From NCBI GenBank assembly GCA_002363545.1, contig DEWF01000010.1, positions 80,412 to 144,411 of the forward strand: a DNA stretch of 64,000 bases. The letters run 5' to 3'. The number at the start of each line of letters is the position of its first letter. Position 1 is the stretch's first letter. The notes beneath the pieces are model-generated. The model had not been told where the DNA came from and did no database searches. It was given only the letters and a program-made list of their open reading frames with translations. The DNA is from Christensenella sp. UBA3217 (GTDB lineage Bacteria > Bacillota > Clostridia > Christensenellales > CAG-1252). A program made the position numbers and the translations under genes. Below are positions 35,168 to 45,175 of this stretch, in pieces.

Positions 35168-36964
35168 ATGAGAAAGTTCGTATCGAAGATCGGCGGTCAG
35201 GCCGTATTGGAAGGCGTAATGATGCGCGGCGAAAAAAGCGTCGCCACCGCAGTGCGCACTTCGGACGGCAGGATCGAAGTCGAAACGTCGAGGATCCCCG
35301 AGGAGAATAAATGGTGGAAGAAAGTTCCCGTACTCCGCGGATTCTTGAATTTTTTCTATATGATGATCGTCGGTTCGCGCGTGCTTACCCGTTCCGCCGA
35401 GCTTTACGGTGAGGATATGGGAGAACCCGGCAAGTTTGAAATGTGGCTTGCTTCCAAAACCAAAAAGAACGTGATGGATATTGCCATCTATATCGGCGTG
35501 ATCCTGGGCGTGGTGTTTGCGGTAGGGCTTTTTATTGCGCTGCCGCTCGGCATCGTAACGTTGCTTAATATGATCCCGGGCGTTGCCCTCAAAGGCGTTT
35601 GGTACAACCTTGCTTGCAGCGGGGTGCGTTTGCTCGTGCTCTTCTCCTACTTGGTGCTCGTTTCTTTGGTAAAGGACATCAGGCGGGTGTTTATGTATCA
35701 CGGGGCGGAGCACAAGGTCATCACCTGTTTTGAGCAGGGGGAAGAATTGACGGTGGAAAACGCGAGGCGTATGAGCAGGCAGCACGATCGTTGCGGCACG
35801 AGCTTCCTCGTGATAACCGTGTTAGTAAGCGTGTTGGCAAGTGCCTTCTTGCCCGCTATTGATTATTATCAAGCCCATTTCGGTTGGAATAAGCCGCTTG
35901 CTTTCTTGGTTGTGTTTTCTACCCGCCTTGCGTTGCTTCCCGTTGTGGCGGGCGTGGCGTACGAGGTGCTGAAAGGTCTTGCCAGGTTTGATAACGGTTT
36001 CGTGCGTGTGCTCAAAAAGCCCGGGTTGTGGTTCCAAAAACTCACCACCCGCGAGCCGGATGACAGCATGTTGGAAGTATCCCTTACCGCCTTTAAGACG
36101 GTAATGGCAATGGATGCGGATGAAAGCATCCCCACCGTGCGTTTCCGCATTATGAAGGATTATCGCATCATTCGTCAAAACGTGCTTACCGACTTGAAAG
36201 AGTCCGGAGAGCCTGACGCCATTGCGGATTGGATCTTTGTGGAAGTTTTGGGGGTGGAGCGCAGCGCTCTTGCCGCCGTGGAGCAAATTACCGAGGAGCA
36301 AGCGGAAAAAGCGCTTGCCTATTCCAAAAAGATCAAAGAGGGAGAACCCTTGCAATACGCTATCGGAAAAACCGAGTTTTACGGCATCGCTTTGAAGACC
36401 GATCATCGCGCCCTGATCCCAAGGGGGGATACCGAGGTGCTGGTGGAAGAGGCGTTAAAAGAGGTGAAAGAAGGAGCCCGTGTGCTGGATATTTGCACGG
36501 GTAGCGGGGCGATCGCCATCGCGCTGGCTTTGAAGAGCGGCGCAGATGTTACCGCTTCGGATATCAGCGAGGATGCGCTTTCTCTTGCCAAGGAGAACGC
36601 AGAACAAACGGGGGCGTCCGTCACCTTTATCAAGAGTGATCTTTTCGATGGGATCACCGAAACTTACGATATGATCACGGCAAATCCGCCTTATATCCCT
36701 TCGGCGGAGGTGGATACGCTGGATAAATTCGTTCAAAAGGAGCCGCGCCTTGCCTTAGACGGCGGAGCAGACGGTTTGGCATATTACAAAAGGCTTGCCC
36801 AAGAGCTTCCCGCTCACTTAACGGCAGGCGGCGTGTTTTTGACCGAGATCGGTCATGATCAAGGGGAACAAGTGAGCGCGCTGTTTGCGTTCATGGGGAA
36901 AACCGCCGTGATAAAAGACTTGGAAGGACACGACCGCGTGGTAAAGGTGGTAAAAGATGCTTGA
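35168..36964 (+). CDS. prmC: Fusion protein: DUF1385 membrane domain + release-factor glutamine N5-methyltransferase PrmC
   Basis: The N-terminal ~310 aa are DUF1385-like ([30 protein letters not shown]). The C-terminal ~270 aa are PrmC-like ([38 protein letters not shown] at 36683-36694). Confidence 0.85.
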   Translation: MRKFVSKIGGQAVLEGVMMRGEKSVATAVRTSDGRIEVETSRIPEENKWWKKVPVLRGFLNFFYMMIVGSRVLTRSAELYGEDMGEPGKFEMWLASKTKKNVMDIAIYIGVILGVVFAVGLFIALPLGIVTLLNMIPGVALKGVWYNLACSGVRLLVLFSYLVLVSLVKDIRRVFMYHGAEHKVITCFEQGEELTVENARRMSRQHDRCGTSFLVITVLVSVLASAFLPAIDYYQAHFGWNKPLAFLVVFSTRLALLPVVAGVAYEVLKGLARFDNGFVRVLKKPGLWFQKLTTREPDDSMLEVSLTAFKTVMAMDADESIPTVRFRIMKDYRIIRQNVLTDLKESGEPDAIADWIFVEVLGVERSALAAVEQITEEQAEKALAYSKKIKEGEPLQYAIGKTEFYGIALKTDHRALIPRGDTEVLVEEALKEVKEGARVLDICTGSGAIAIALALKSGADVTASDISEDALSLAKENAEQTGASVTFIKSDLFDGITETYDMITANPPYIPSAEVDTLDKFVQKEPRLALDGGADGLAYYKRLAQELPAHLTAGGVFLTEIGHDQGEQVSALFAFMGKTAVIKDLEGHDRVVKVVKDA

Positions 36965-38030
36965 TAAACTCAAAGCGATGAAAGAGCGCTATCTTGAACT
37001 CACCGATAAACTTGCCGATCCCCAAGTGATCGCTAAGCAGGACGAATGGCAAAAGGTTGCCAAAGAACATTCTTCTCTCAGCGAGATCGTGGCGGATTAC
37101 GACGCCTACCTTGCGGCGGAAAAGGACGCAAAGGATTGTGAGGAAATGCTCAAAAGCGAAACCGATCCCGAGCTCATTGCCCTTGCCGCCGAGGAGAAGG
37201 AAAACGCGGAGAAAAAACTGCGTGAACTCAAAGATACCTTAAAGATCCGTCTTTTGCCCAAGGATCCGAACGACGATAAAAACGTGGTGATCGAGATCCG
37301 CGCGGGCACGGGCGGTGAAGAAGCAAGCCTGTTCGGTGCGGTGCTGATGCGTATGTATATGCGCTTTGCAGAAAGGATGCATTGGAAAACCGAAGAGGTG
37401 GATATGAACATGACCGACCTTGGCGGTGTGAAAGAAGCGGTGTTCATCGTGTCGGGTAAAGGCGCGTACAGCAAGTTGAAGTACGAAAGCGGCGCTCATC
37501 GCGTGCAAAGGGTGCCCGCCACCGAATCGCAGGGCAGGATCCACACTTCCGCCGCCACCGTGGCGGTGCTTCCCGAAGCGGAAGACGTGGACGCGGAGAT
37601 CAATCAGGCGGATCTGAAAATCGATACCTACCGTGCGGGCGGCGCAGGGGGTCAGTACGTGAACAAGACCGAAAGCGCCATCCGCATCACCCATCTTCCC
37701 ACCGGACTTGTGGTGACCTGTCAGGACGAAAAATCGCAAATCAAAAACAAAGAAAAAGCGATGAAAGTGTTAAAGTCCAAACTGTACGATTACTATCGTT
37801 CGGCGGCGGATAAGGAATATGCGGAAAAGAGAAAGGCGCAGGTGGGCAGCGGTGACCGCAGCGAAAGGATCCGCACTTACAACTATCCGCAGGGCAGAGT
37901 GACCGACCACCGTATCGGCATGACGCTTTACAGTTTGGAACAATTTTTGGATGGCGATATGCTCGAGATCTTGGATGCGCTCGCCCTCAACGAACAAAAT
38001 GAACTTCTAAAAGGCAGTCAGGACGATTGA
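36957..38030 (+). CDS. prfA: Peptide chain release factor 1
   Basis: The PAT tripeptide ([13 protein letters not shown]) marks RF1. GGQ loop [21 protein letters not shown]. Confidence 0.95.
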   Translation: MLDKLKAMKERYLELTDKLADPQVIAKQDEWQKVAKEHSSLSEIVADYDAYLAAEKDAKDCEEMLKSETDPELIALAAEEKENAEKKLRELKDTLKIRLLPKDPNDDKNVVIEIRAGTGGEEASLFGAVLMRMYMRFAERMHWKTEEVDMNMTDLGGVKEAVFIVSGKGAYSKLKYESGAHRVQRVPATESQGRIHTSAATVAVLPEAEDVDAEINQADLKIDTYRAGGAGGQYVNKTESAIRITHLPTGLVVTCQDEKSQIKNKEKAMKVLKSKLYDYYRSAADKEYAEKRKAQVGSGDRSERIRTYNYPQGRVTDHRIGMTLYSLEQFLDGDMLEILDALALNEQNELLKGSQDD

Positions 38031-38044
38031 CCGAAGGAGGCAGT

Positions 38045-39442
38045 ATGATATTCTACAATACGCACAAACACCTATTGCAGGAGCAAACCTATTCTTACTC
38101 TTTGCAGGATGTGGCGGAGCCCAATCTGTTCCGTGAGTTCTTTGATTACGAGAACGTGCCTCGCACGGCATTTGACTTTTTCACCGTGCCCATGAACACG
38201 CCGGAGCAACTGTGGATCACCGATACCACCTTCCGTGATGGACAGCAATCCATGCACCCCTTCACCGTGGAGCAGATCGTGGATCTTTATAAGATGTTGC
38301 ATCGCTTGGGCGGCAAGAAAGGCATAGTTAAACAGAGCGAGTTTTTCCTTTACAGTGAGAAGGACAGAGCAGCGGTTCGTGCCTGTCAGGAGCTTGGTTA
38401 TGAGTTCCCCGAGATCACCAGCTGGATCCGCGCCACCGATTCCGATTTTGAGCTCGTGAAAGAGATGGGCATTAAGGAAACGGGCATTCTCGTCAGTTGC
38501 TCGGACTATCATATCTTCAATAAATTGCACTTGACCCGTGCTCAGGCCATGGATAAATACCTTTCCATCGTCAAAAAGGCGTTGGACAGAGGTATTGTGC
38601 CGCGCGCTCATTTGGAGGATATTACCCGCGCCGATTCTTACGGATACGTGGTCCCCTTCGTGCGTGAGCTCATGAAGCTTTCCAAGGAGAGCGGCATTCC
38701 CATTAAGGTGCGTGCCTGCGATACCCTTGGCTACGGCGTTACCTATCCCGGTTCCTCTCTTCCGAGGAGCGTTCCCAGAACCATTTACGGTTTGTGGCGC
38801 TACGGAGAGGTGCCCAGCGAGCAGATGGAGTGGCACGGTCATAACGATTTCTATAAAGTGGTCACCAACGCGGCTACCGCTTGGCTGTACGGCTGTTCGG
38901 CGGTAAACTGCGCTCTTCTCGGCATTGGCGAGAGAACGGGTAACTGTCCGTTGGAGGCAATGGCGGTGGAGTATGCTTCGCTCAAAGGCACCACGGACGG
39001 CATGGACCTTTCGGTCATCACCGAGATAGCGGATTATTTCAAGAGGGAGATCGGCTATAAGATCCCGCCTCGCACTCCCTTCGTGGGACGCGATTTCAAC
39101 GTAACGCGCGCCGGAGTGCACGTGGACGGCTTGATGAAGGACGAGGAGATCTATAACATCTTCAACACCACCAAGATCTTGAACCGTCCGCCTACCGTAT
39201 GTGTGGATAACAACAGCGGCTTGGCAGGTATTGCGTATTGGATCAACAACCACTTTGCTCTTTCGGATGAGGAGAAGCTTTCTAAGTCCGATCCCATGAT
39301 CGTGGCTATCAAGGCAAAGGTGGACGAGATGTACGCGAGCGGTCGTGTGCCCGCCATGAGTGACGATGAGCTCAACGAGCTTGTCAGAGAGGCGGACGAG
39401 GCTCGTTATAAGAAATTCCTTCTTCTTGCGGAGAAACGTTAA
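38045..39442 (+). CDS. HMGL-like homocitrate/isopropylmalate-synthase family enzyme (possible Re-citrate synthase)
   Basis: ITDTTFRDGQQS, HLEDITRAD and HGHNDFYKVVTNAATAW blocks of the DRE-TIM aldolase family. About 465 aa with no LeuA regulatory domain. AAGGAGG RBS. Confidence 0.7.
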   Translation: MIFYNTHKHLLQEQTYSYSLQDVAEPNLFREFFDYENVPRTAFDFFTVPMNTPEQLWITDTTFRDGQQSMHPFTVEQIVDLYKMLHRLGGKKGIVKQSEFFLYSEKDRAAVRACQELGYEFPEITSWIRATDSDFELVKEMGIKETGILVSCSDYHIFNKLHLTRAQAMDKYLSIVKKALDRGIVPRAHLEDITRADSYGYVVPFVRELMKLSKESGIPIKVRACDTLGYGVTYPGSSLPRSVPRTIYGLWRYGEVPSEQMEWHGHNDFYKVVTNAATAWLYGCSAVNCALLGIGERTGNCPLEAMAVEYASLKGTTDGMDLSVITEIADYFKREIGYKIPPRTPFVGRDFNVTRAGVHVDGLMKDEEIYNIFNTTKILNRPPTVCVDNNSGLAGIAYWINNHFALSDEEKLSKSDPMIVAIKAKVDEMYASGRVPAMSDDELNELVREADEARYKKFLLLAEKR

Positions 39443-39536
39443 GCAAACAAACACGTTGCGTTTTTTTACGAAAATGTAAAAATTCGCGCGCGTGTATTGT
39501 ATAATAAGAAAAGAAAAACCAAAGGAGGACATCATT

Positions 39537-39953
39537 ATGTTAAGGATCGTTTACGGCGCAAAAGGCAGCGGCAAAACTTTGAAACTCATTGATGAAGCCA
39601 ATTCCATGGTGGATAAAACTGCCGGAAGTATTGTCTTTATCACTTACGTGGATCGCTACAATTTTGACCTTAATTACAACATCAGAGTTATCAATGCGGG
39701 CAACTTCGGCGTGGGTACCGAGGAGCAACTTGCCGGTTTTGTGAAGGGTGTTATGGCGTCCAATTCCGATATCGATATGCTGTATATCGACGGCGCGCAC
39801 CGCATTACGGGCAAGAGCGTGGCGGATATGCAGTACTTCTATGACGAAGTGGCAAAGGCAAGCAAAAACAGCGCGGTGGAGATCGTTCTTTCCGCCAGCA
39901 CGGATGAACTGCCCTCCTTCTTGAAGGGATACGAAAACGAAAAGGTGAATTGA
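39537..39953 (+). CDS. Small P-loop NTPase (hypothetical)
   Basis: Walker A GAKGSGKT at residues 7-14 and Walker-B-like MLYIDG. 138 aa. AAAGGAGG RBS. Confidence 0.55.
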   Translation: MLRIVYGAKGSGKTLKLIDEANSMVDKTAGSIVFITYVDRYNFDLNYNIRVINAGNFGVGTEEQLAGFVKGVMASNSDIDMLYIDGAHRITGKSVADMQYFYDEVAKASKNSAVEIVLSASTDELPSFLKGYENEKVN

Positions 39954-39959
39954 TCTTAC

Positions 39960-41444
39960 ATGAAATATATCAGCACGCGAAACGCTTCCTGCCGCGTATC
40001 GGGCAGTGAAGCCATCTTAATGGGGATCAGTCCCGAAGGCGGACTGTTTGTTCCCGAAACCTTCCCGCAGATCACCCTTGACGAGATCAAGGCGATGGGG
40101 GATATGTCGTATGCGGAGCGCTCCGCTCTTGTGATGAGCCGCTATTTGGATGAGTTTTCCGAGCAGGAACTGTTGGAAATAGCAAACCGCGCATACGCTC
40201 GTTTTGACGATGAGGACGCTTGCCCTCTCACCAAGATAGAGGAAGACCTTTATATCTTGGAACTGTGGCACGGTCCCACCTATGCTTTTAAGGACGTGGC
40301 GCTTACGGTGCTTCCGCAACTCATCTCCGCTTGCAGAGCCAAGCGTGGGGAAAAGGATAAGACCTTGGTGCTCGTGGCAACGAGCGGGGATACCGGCAAA
40401 GCGGCGCTGGAAGGCTTTAAGGACGTGGAAGGCACCGAGATCATGGTGTTTTACCCGGATGAAGGCGTGGCACACATGCAAAAACTCCAAATGATCACCA
40501 CCGGCGGGGATAATACCTACGTGGCGGGCATCAAAGGGAATTTTGACGATGCGCAAACCGCTGTGAAAAAAATCTTTACCGATCAATCGGTGCGTGACGC
40601 TCTTAAAGAGGGCGGTTACGTGATGAGCTCCGCAAACAGTATCAACTGGGGAAGACTGCTCCCGCAGATCGCCTATTACTTCTCCGCTTATGCGGACCTG
40701 TTGTCAAGCAATGAGATCACCGTGGGAGATAAGGTGAATTTTGCCGTTCCCACCGGAAATTTCGGAGATATCCTTGCAGGGTATTACGCCATGCGCATGG
40801 GACTCCCCGTGAACAAACTCGTTTGTGCCTCCAATATCAATAACGTGCTTACGGATTTCTTTACCACGGGCGAATACGACGCCACGAGAGAATTCCATAA
40901 AACCATCTCTCCCTCAATGGATATTTTGATCTCCTCCAACTTGGAGCGTCTTCTATTTGAGTACACGGGGCGTGATGACAAGGCGCTTTGCGCGTTGATG
41001 GATTCTTTGAAGAAAACCGGCAAGTATCAAGTGGACCCCACCGACTTAAAGCGCAAGCTTCCCTTCTTCGAGGGCGGCTTTGCGGATGAAGACGAAACCA
41101 TGGAAACCATCTATAACACCTTTGACGAATACGGTTATGTGGTTGATCCGCACACGGCGGTGGCTGTTGCCGTGTATAACGACTATTATTTAACTTCCGG
41201 TGATACCTCTCCCGCCATCGTGCTTTCCACGGCGAACCCCTATAAGTTTGCGCAGGACGTGTACGAAGCGGTGGGCGAGAATTACGTGGAAGATCCCTTT
41301 AAGGCAGTTAAAAAATTGCACTTCTTAACAGGCATGGATGTGCCGGAAGGCATTCGTGATCTGGAAACTATGGAGCCGCGCTTTACCGACGTGCTCTCGG
41401 GTGAGGAGATCAAGCAAAAGGTACTTGCCAAAGTAAAGGGATAA
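39960..41444 (+). CDS. thrC: Threonine synthase (long form)
   Basis: PLP-lysine context HGPTYAFKD, ATSGDTGKA and PTGNFGD. Confidence 0.9.
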   Translation: MKYISTRNASCRVSGSEAILMGISPEGGLFVPETFPQITLDEIKAMGDMSYAERSALVMSRYLDEFSEQELLEIANRAYARFDDEDACPLTKIEEDLYILELWHGPTYAFKDVALTVLPQLISACRAKRGEKDKTLVLVATSGDTGKAALEGFKDVEGTEIMVFYPDEGVAHMQKLQMITTGGDNTYVAGIKGNFDDAQTAVKKIFTDQSVRDALKEGGYVMSSANSINWGRLLPQIAYYFSAYADLLSSNEITVGDKVNFAVPTGNFGDILAGYYAMRMGLPVNKLVCASNINNVLTDFFTTGEYDATREFHKTISPSMDILISSNLERLLFEYTGRDDKALCALMDSLKKTGKYQVDPTDLKRKLPFFEGGFADEDETMETIYNTFDEYGYVVDPHTAVAVAVYNDYYLTSGDTSPAIVLSTANPYKFAQDVYEAVGENYVEDPFKAVKKLHFLTGMDVPEGIRDLETMEPRFTDVLSGEEIKQKVLAKVKG

Positions 41445-41454
41445 AAGGAACACC

Positions 41455-42438
41455 ATGAGAATTTACAGTGCTATTCAACCCACAGGATGTATCACGATAG
41501 GCAACTATATCGGCGCCGTGAAAAATTGGCTTGCTTTGCAGGATGAAAACGAGTGCATCTTTTCCATTGCGAACCAACACGCATTGACCGTCAGGCAGGA
41601 CCCGCAGGAATTCCGCGCGCGCACACTTTCCTTTTTCGCGCAGTTTCTCGCTTGCGGCTTGGATCCCGAAAAGAGCATTCTTTACGTGCAGTCCAACGTG
41701 CCGCAGCACAGCGAGCTTGCTTGGATACTCTCTTGTATGACCTATATCGGAGAACTGGACAGAATGACCCAGTTCAAGGATAAATCCCGTAAAAACGAGG
41801 ATAATATCAATGCGGGACTTTTTACTTACCCCGTGCTGATGGCGGCGGATATTCTTCTTTATCGTGCCGACTTGGTGCCGGTGGGTAAGGACCAAAAGCA
41901 ACACTTGGAGCTCGCGCGCGATATTGCGGTGCGTTTCAATAACCGTTATGGGGAAACCTTTGTGGTACCCGAGCCGTATATCCCCAAGCAGGGCGCAAAG
42001 ATCACAAGTTTGCAAAACCCGCTGGAAAAAATGAGCAAGTCTGATAAGGATCAGAACGCCACGGTTTCCATCATTGACCCCGCCGACGCCATCATGCGCA
42101 AGTTCAAGCGTGCGGTGACGGATAGTGATAACCGCATCATCTTCTCGGAAGAGAAGCCGGGCATTTCCAACCTGCTTTCCATTTATTCCGCCTTTTCGGG
42201 CGAAAGCATTGAGGCGGCGGAAAAGCGCTTTGAAGGCAAAGGCTATGGGGACTTTAAGGTGGCGGTAGGTGAAACGGTCGTGGCGGCGCTTGATCCCATC
42301 CAAAAGAAATACCAAGAGTATTTGGCGGATAAGGGCGAGTTGGAGCGCATTATGAAAGAGGGAGCGGAAAAGGCAAAGCATATTGCCTATCGTACCCTGC
42401 AAAAGGTAAAGAAAAAGATAGGATTTGTGGCTGACTGA
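41455..42438 (+). CDS. trpS: Tryptophan--tRNA ligase
   Basis: Class I motifs TIGNYIG and KMSKS, with GKDQKQHLELARDIA. Confidence 0.95.
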   Translation: MRIYSAIQPTGCITIGNYIGAVKNWLALQDENECIFSIANQHALTVRQDPQEFRARTLSFFAQFLACGLDPEKSILYVQSNVPQHSELAWILSCMTYIGELDRMTQFKDKSRKNEDNINAGLFTYPVLMAADILLYRADLVPVGKDQKQHLELARDIAVRFNNRYGETFVVPEPYIPKQGAKITSLQNPLEKMSKSDKDQNATVSIIDPADAIMRKFKRAVTDSDNRIIFSEEKPGISNLLSIYSAFSGESIEAAEKRFEGKGYGDFKVAVGETVVAALDPIQKKYQEYLADKGELERIMKEGAEKAKHIAYRTLQKVKKKIGFVAD

Positions 42439-43298
42439 TGTTTGGATACGTGACTCCCGATAAGCCGAATATGTTTATGAAGGACTATGTCCTTTTTCGC
42501 GCCTATTATTGCGGGTTGTGTCACGCCACCAAAAAGGAGAGCGGGCAGATCGCTCGTTTGACGGTCAACTACGATATTGCCTTTATCGGGCTTTTGTTTC
42601 ACGACGTGCTCGGGGAAAAGGCACAAGTGGTTAAAAAAGGGTGTATCCTAAACCCCAAAAAGCGTCCGATCATCGCGGCAAACCCTTTGATGAAAAGGAT
42701 CGCAAGGCTGAATTTGATCCTTGCGGGGCTCAAACTAGCGGATGATAAAGCGGATGGCGATAGTAAACCTCTTCGCAGGTTGGCATTTTCGCGTCAGGTC
42801 AAAAAGGCAAGAAAAAAAGAACCCGTTTTTGCTTCCCTTGCGGACGAGTGCTTGGCGCGGCAGACTGAGGAGGAAAAGTGCGGCACCATGTTAAACGGTG
42901 CGGCGGAACCTTTTGCCGATATGATGAAAAAGGTGTTTGCCGCCCTCGCAGGGGAAAAAAACACTCCCGCGTTGGAGCAGATAGGGTACCTTTTAGGAAA
43001 ATACGTGTACTTTATGGACGCCCTTGACGATTACGATGAGGACGTAAAGAAACACAGGTTCAATGCTTTTAAGAGGACCTTCGGCGCGGATACCTTCGCA
43101 CAGTTGCGCCAAGAAAAAGGGGAAGATCTTGCCTTTATTATGGAGGACTTGGTAAAGAGTGTGGAGGACGCCTATCGCGAGATGGATATGGGCGAAAACG
43201 AAGGAGTTGTGACGAATGTGCTTTGGTATGGATTGCGTAGCCGCATCCGTACCGTACTGAATAAGGAGGATGACAAATGTTCAAAAATCCGTTTGTAG
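42438..43298 (+). CDS. DUF5685-like protein
   Basis: MFGYVTPDKPNMFMKDYVLFRAYYCGLCHATKK is an N-terminus characteristic of the clostridial DUF5685 family as I recall it. Confidence 0.5.
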   Translation: MFGYVTPDKPNMFMKDYVLFRAYYCGLCHATKKESGQIARLTVNYDIAFIGLLFHDVLGEKAQVVKKGCILNPKKRPIIAANPLMKRIARLNLILAGLKLADDKADGDSKPLRRLAFSRQVKKARKKEPVFASLADECLARQTEEEKCGTMLNGAAEPFADMMKKVFAALAGEKNTPALEQIGYLLGKYVYFMDALDDYDEDVKKHRFNAFKRTFGADTFAQLRQEKGEDLAFIMEDLVKSVEDAYREMDMGENEGVVTNVLWYGLRSRIRTVLNKEDDKCSKIRL

Positions 43299-43885
43299 TG
43301 CTTGGACTGGATAAGAACGCCACGCAGGCAGAAGTCCAAGAGGCATACGAGAGGTTGCGCGAGGAGTATCGTGCCGCTATTCACAACGAAGGGGACGAAG
43401 GCAAAAAAGCCGCCAAAAAACTTTCGGAATTGGAAACGGCTTATCGTGAAGCGATGGATATTCTTTCGGGTGGCAGCGAGATCAAAGGCGTTTATACCGT
43501 GGTGGCGGATCATTTGAAGAGCCGCAACTTTGACGCCGCGCAAGCCGCGCTGGATCAAGTGTCCGAGCGTGACGCGGAGTGGCACTATTATCAATCCGCC
43601 GTTTATCACGGCAAGGGTTGGAATTACGAGGCAAAAGCCCAGCTTGATATGGCGATCAACATGGATCCCGACAACCAAAAGTACAAAGATACTTTGGATA
43701 GAATGAAAAACCACGAGCAGGGGGGCGGGGAGCGTGCTTCCGCCGAAAGACAGCGCAGTTATGATACCTACGAGAACATGCAACAAAACGGTCGCGGCGC
43801 CAGCGCGAGCGATTGTTGCGCCAGTTTGATCTGCGCCGATTGTTGCTGTGAGTGCATGGGCGGTGACCTCATTCGTTGTTGCTGA
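43277..43885 (+). CDS. J-like domain / TPR-like protein with a Cys-rich tail
   Basis: J-domain helices (NPFVVLGLDKNATQAEVQEAYERLREEY...AAKKLSELETAYREAM) without an HPD tripeptide, a TPR-like middle, and the tail CCASLICADCCCECMGGDLIRCC. Confidence 0.6.
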   Translation: MFKNPFVVLGLDKNATQAEVQEAYERLREEYRAAIHNEGDEGKKAAKKLSELETAYREAMDILSGGSEIKGVYTVVADHLKSRNFDAAQAALDQVSERDAEWHYYQSAVYHGKGWNYEAKAQLDMAINMDPDNQKYKDTLDRMKNHEQGGGERASAERQRSYDTYENMQQNGRGASASDCCASLICADCCCECMGGDLIRCC

Positions 43886-43888
43886 GGA

Positions 43889-44419
43889 ATGAAAAAGATC
43901 ACTGGGAGAGAGATAGCGCTATCGGGTATCACGGCGGCATTCGCAGTGATCGCGGTGGTGCTTTCTTATTATTTGAACGTGCTGTCCGTCACCTTTTTGG
44001 CGGTTGCGTCGGTGGTGCTCACCCTTCCCATGATGGCGGGGAGCGCGCGCGGGTCCATTCTTGCTTACGCCGCGGCTGCGGGGCTCTCCTTTATCTTTGT
44101 TTCCTATATAGCGGCACTTCCTTTCGTGATCATCTTCGGGCCCTATCCCATTTTGGATTATTTTTTGCGTAAATACTTAAAAAAGAGGGTGATCGTTCTG
44201 CCCATTGAGATCGCTTTTGCAAACCTTTCTTTCCTCGGGTGCTATTTTGCCATCGGGCTTTCTCGTGCGGATTTTCCCTTTTTGGAAAACCTTCCCGTTT
44301 GGCAACAATACTTTTGCATTTTTCTCGGGCTCACGATCGTGTTCGTGATTTTCCATTTTGCTTTTACTTCACTTTACGATACGTTAAACAGGCGTTTGTC
44401 TAAGGTTTTAAAACAATAA
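43889..44419 (+). CDS. Polytopic membrane protein (hypothetical)
   Basis: 176 aa with 5 hydrophobic helices. Starts 4 nt after the previous stop. Confidence 0.5.
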   Translation: MKKITGREIALSGITAAFAVIAVVLSYYLNVLSVTFLAVASVVLTLPMMAGSARGSILAYAAAAGLSFIFVSYIAALPFVIIFGPYPILDYFLRKYLKKRVIVLPIEIAFANLSFLGCYFAIGLSRADFPFLENLPVWQQYFCIFLGLTIVFVIFHFAFTSLYDTLNRRLSKVLKQ

Positions 44420-44421
44420 AA

Positions 44422-44769
44422 TCAATATCCCAAAAACTTTGTTCCAAGGTCTAAAACTCTTGTCACGTAGGGACTCGCAAGGGAGTAATAGATCACTTTT
44501 CCCTTGCGTCTTGTTTTCACAAGGCGCAGGGCGCGCAAAAAGGCAAGTTGGTGTGAAACGGTGCTTTGTTGTTGCGAGAGCATCAGGCAAAGGTCCGTCA
44601 CGCACATTTCGGTTATGCAAAGAGAAGAAAGAATTTTTACCCGCGTGGCGTCGCTGAATACCGAGAAAAAATCCGCCAAGTCCGCAACCACTTCGTTTTT
44701 TGGCAGGTAGTATTTGATAACGTCTTCATCGTGTTCGGAAAGAGATAGGGATCGCCCGTTTTTTTTCAC
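44422..44769 (-). CDS. ArsR/SmtB-family metal(loid)-responsive repressor
   Basis: SDATRVKILSSLCITEMCVTDLCLMLSQQQSTVSHQLAFLR. The winged-HTH carries a CVTDLC variant of the ArsR CVCDLC site. Confidence 0.85.
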   Translation of the reverse strand: MKKNGRSLSLSEHDEDVIKYYLPKNEVVADLADFFSVFSDATRVKILSSLCITEMCVTDLCLMLSQQQSTVSHQLAFLRALRLVKTRRKGKVIYYSLASPYVTRVLDLGTKFLGY

Positions 44770-44864
44770 CTTTTTATCCTACGGGGCATATACCACTCCT
44801 GTCAAGGTTGAAGCAAGTCGGCTTTTGACGAATCTATGTAAAAACGGCGAAAAAGGAGGAAACT

Positions 44865-45035
44865 ATGCTGAATAGCGGCATGCTTTTGATGCTTTTGCTT
44901 TTATTGATCTATACCTTTGGCGGCAACGGCTCTCTTACCACCGAGAACCTTACCCTCATTATCCTTGCGCTCTCCTTCCTCGTGGCAGGAAACCAAAATG
45001 ATAATAACGGATGCGGCTGTGACCGGGTGAACTGA
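44865..45035 (+). CDS. Unannotated 56-aa membrane peptide with a C-terminal GCGC motif
   Basis: AAAGGAGGA RBS 5 nt before the ATG at 44865. My translation is MLNSGMLLMLLLLLIYTFGGNGSLTTENLTLIILALSFLVAGNQNDNNGCGCDRVN, with TGA at 45033-45035. It is below the 60-aa cutoff of the ORF track. Confidence 0.5.
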   Translation: MLNSGMLLMLLLLLIYTFGGNGSLTTENLTLIILALSFLVAGNQNDNNGCGCDRVN

Positions 45036-45037
45036 AA

Positions 45038-45094
45038 AATGCGGAATGCGGGATTTTCCAATGCGGAATTCGGAATGCGTAATGCAGAATTGCA
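45038..45094. repeat. AATGCGG-type heptamer array, block 1 (about 8 units)
   Basis: AATGCGG AATGCGG (GATTTTCC) AATGCGG AATTCGG AATGCGT AATGCAG AATTGCA. Confidence 0.85.
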
Positions 45095-45175
45095 CCCTTT
45101 CCGGGGTCCCCGCAAAAAGTTTTTTGTAGGGGTGGTTTTAAAGGGGGCTTGATTGCCGCTATAAGCGGGAATGGG

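Noticed and set aside
38072-39535. 487-aa ORF on the minus strand, antisense to the HMGL-family gene. Similar long antisense ORFs lie at 55834-57858 (674 aa, opposite dnaE), 45788-47032, 61106-62266, 2219-3418, 41410-42402 and 34844-35785.
   Set aside because: Each lies fully inside a sense gene that has unmistakable family motifs. Their translations are His/Arg/Gly-rich and low in complexity, with no motifs, no RBS and no independent intergenic boundaries. They are typical shadow ORFs from codon bias.
41445-41454. T-box leader expected before trpS.
   Set aside because: Only 10 nt separate thrC from trpS, so there is no room for a T-box. trpS is evidently co-transcribed with thrC.
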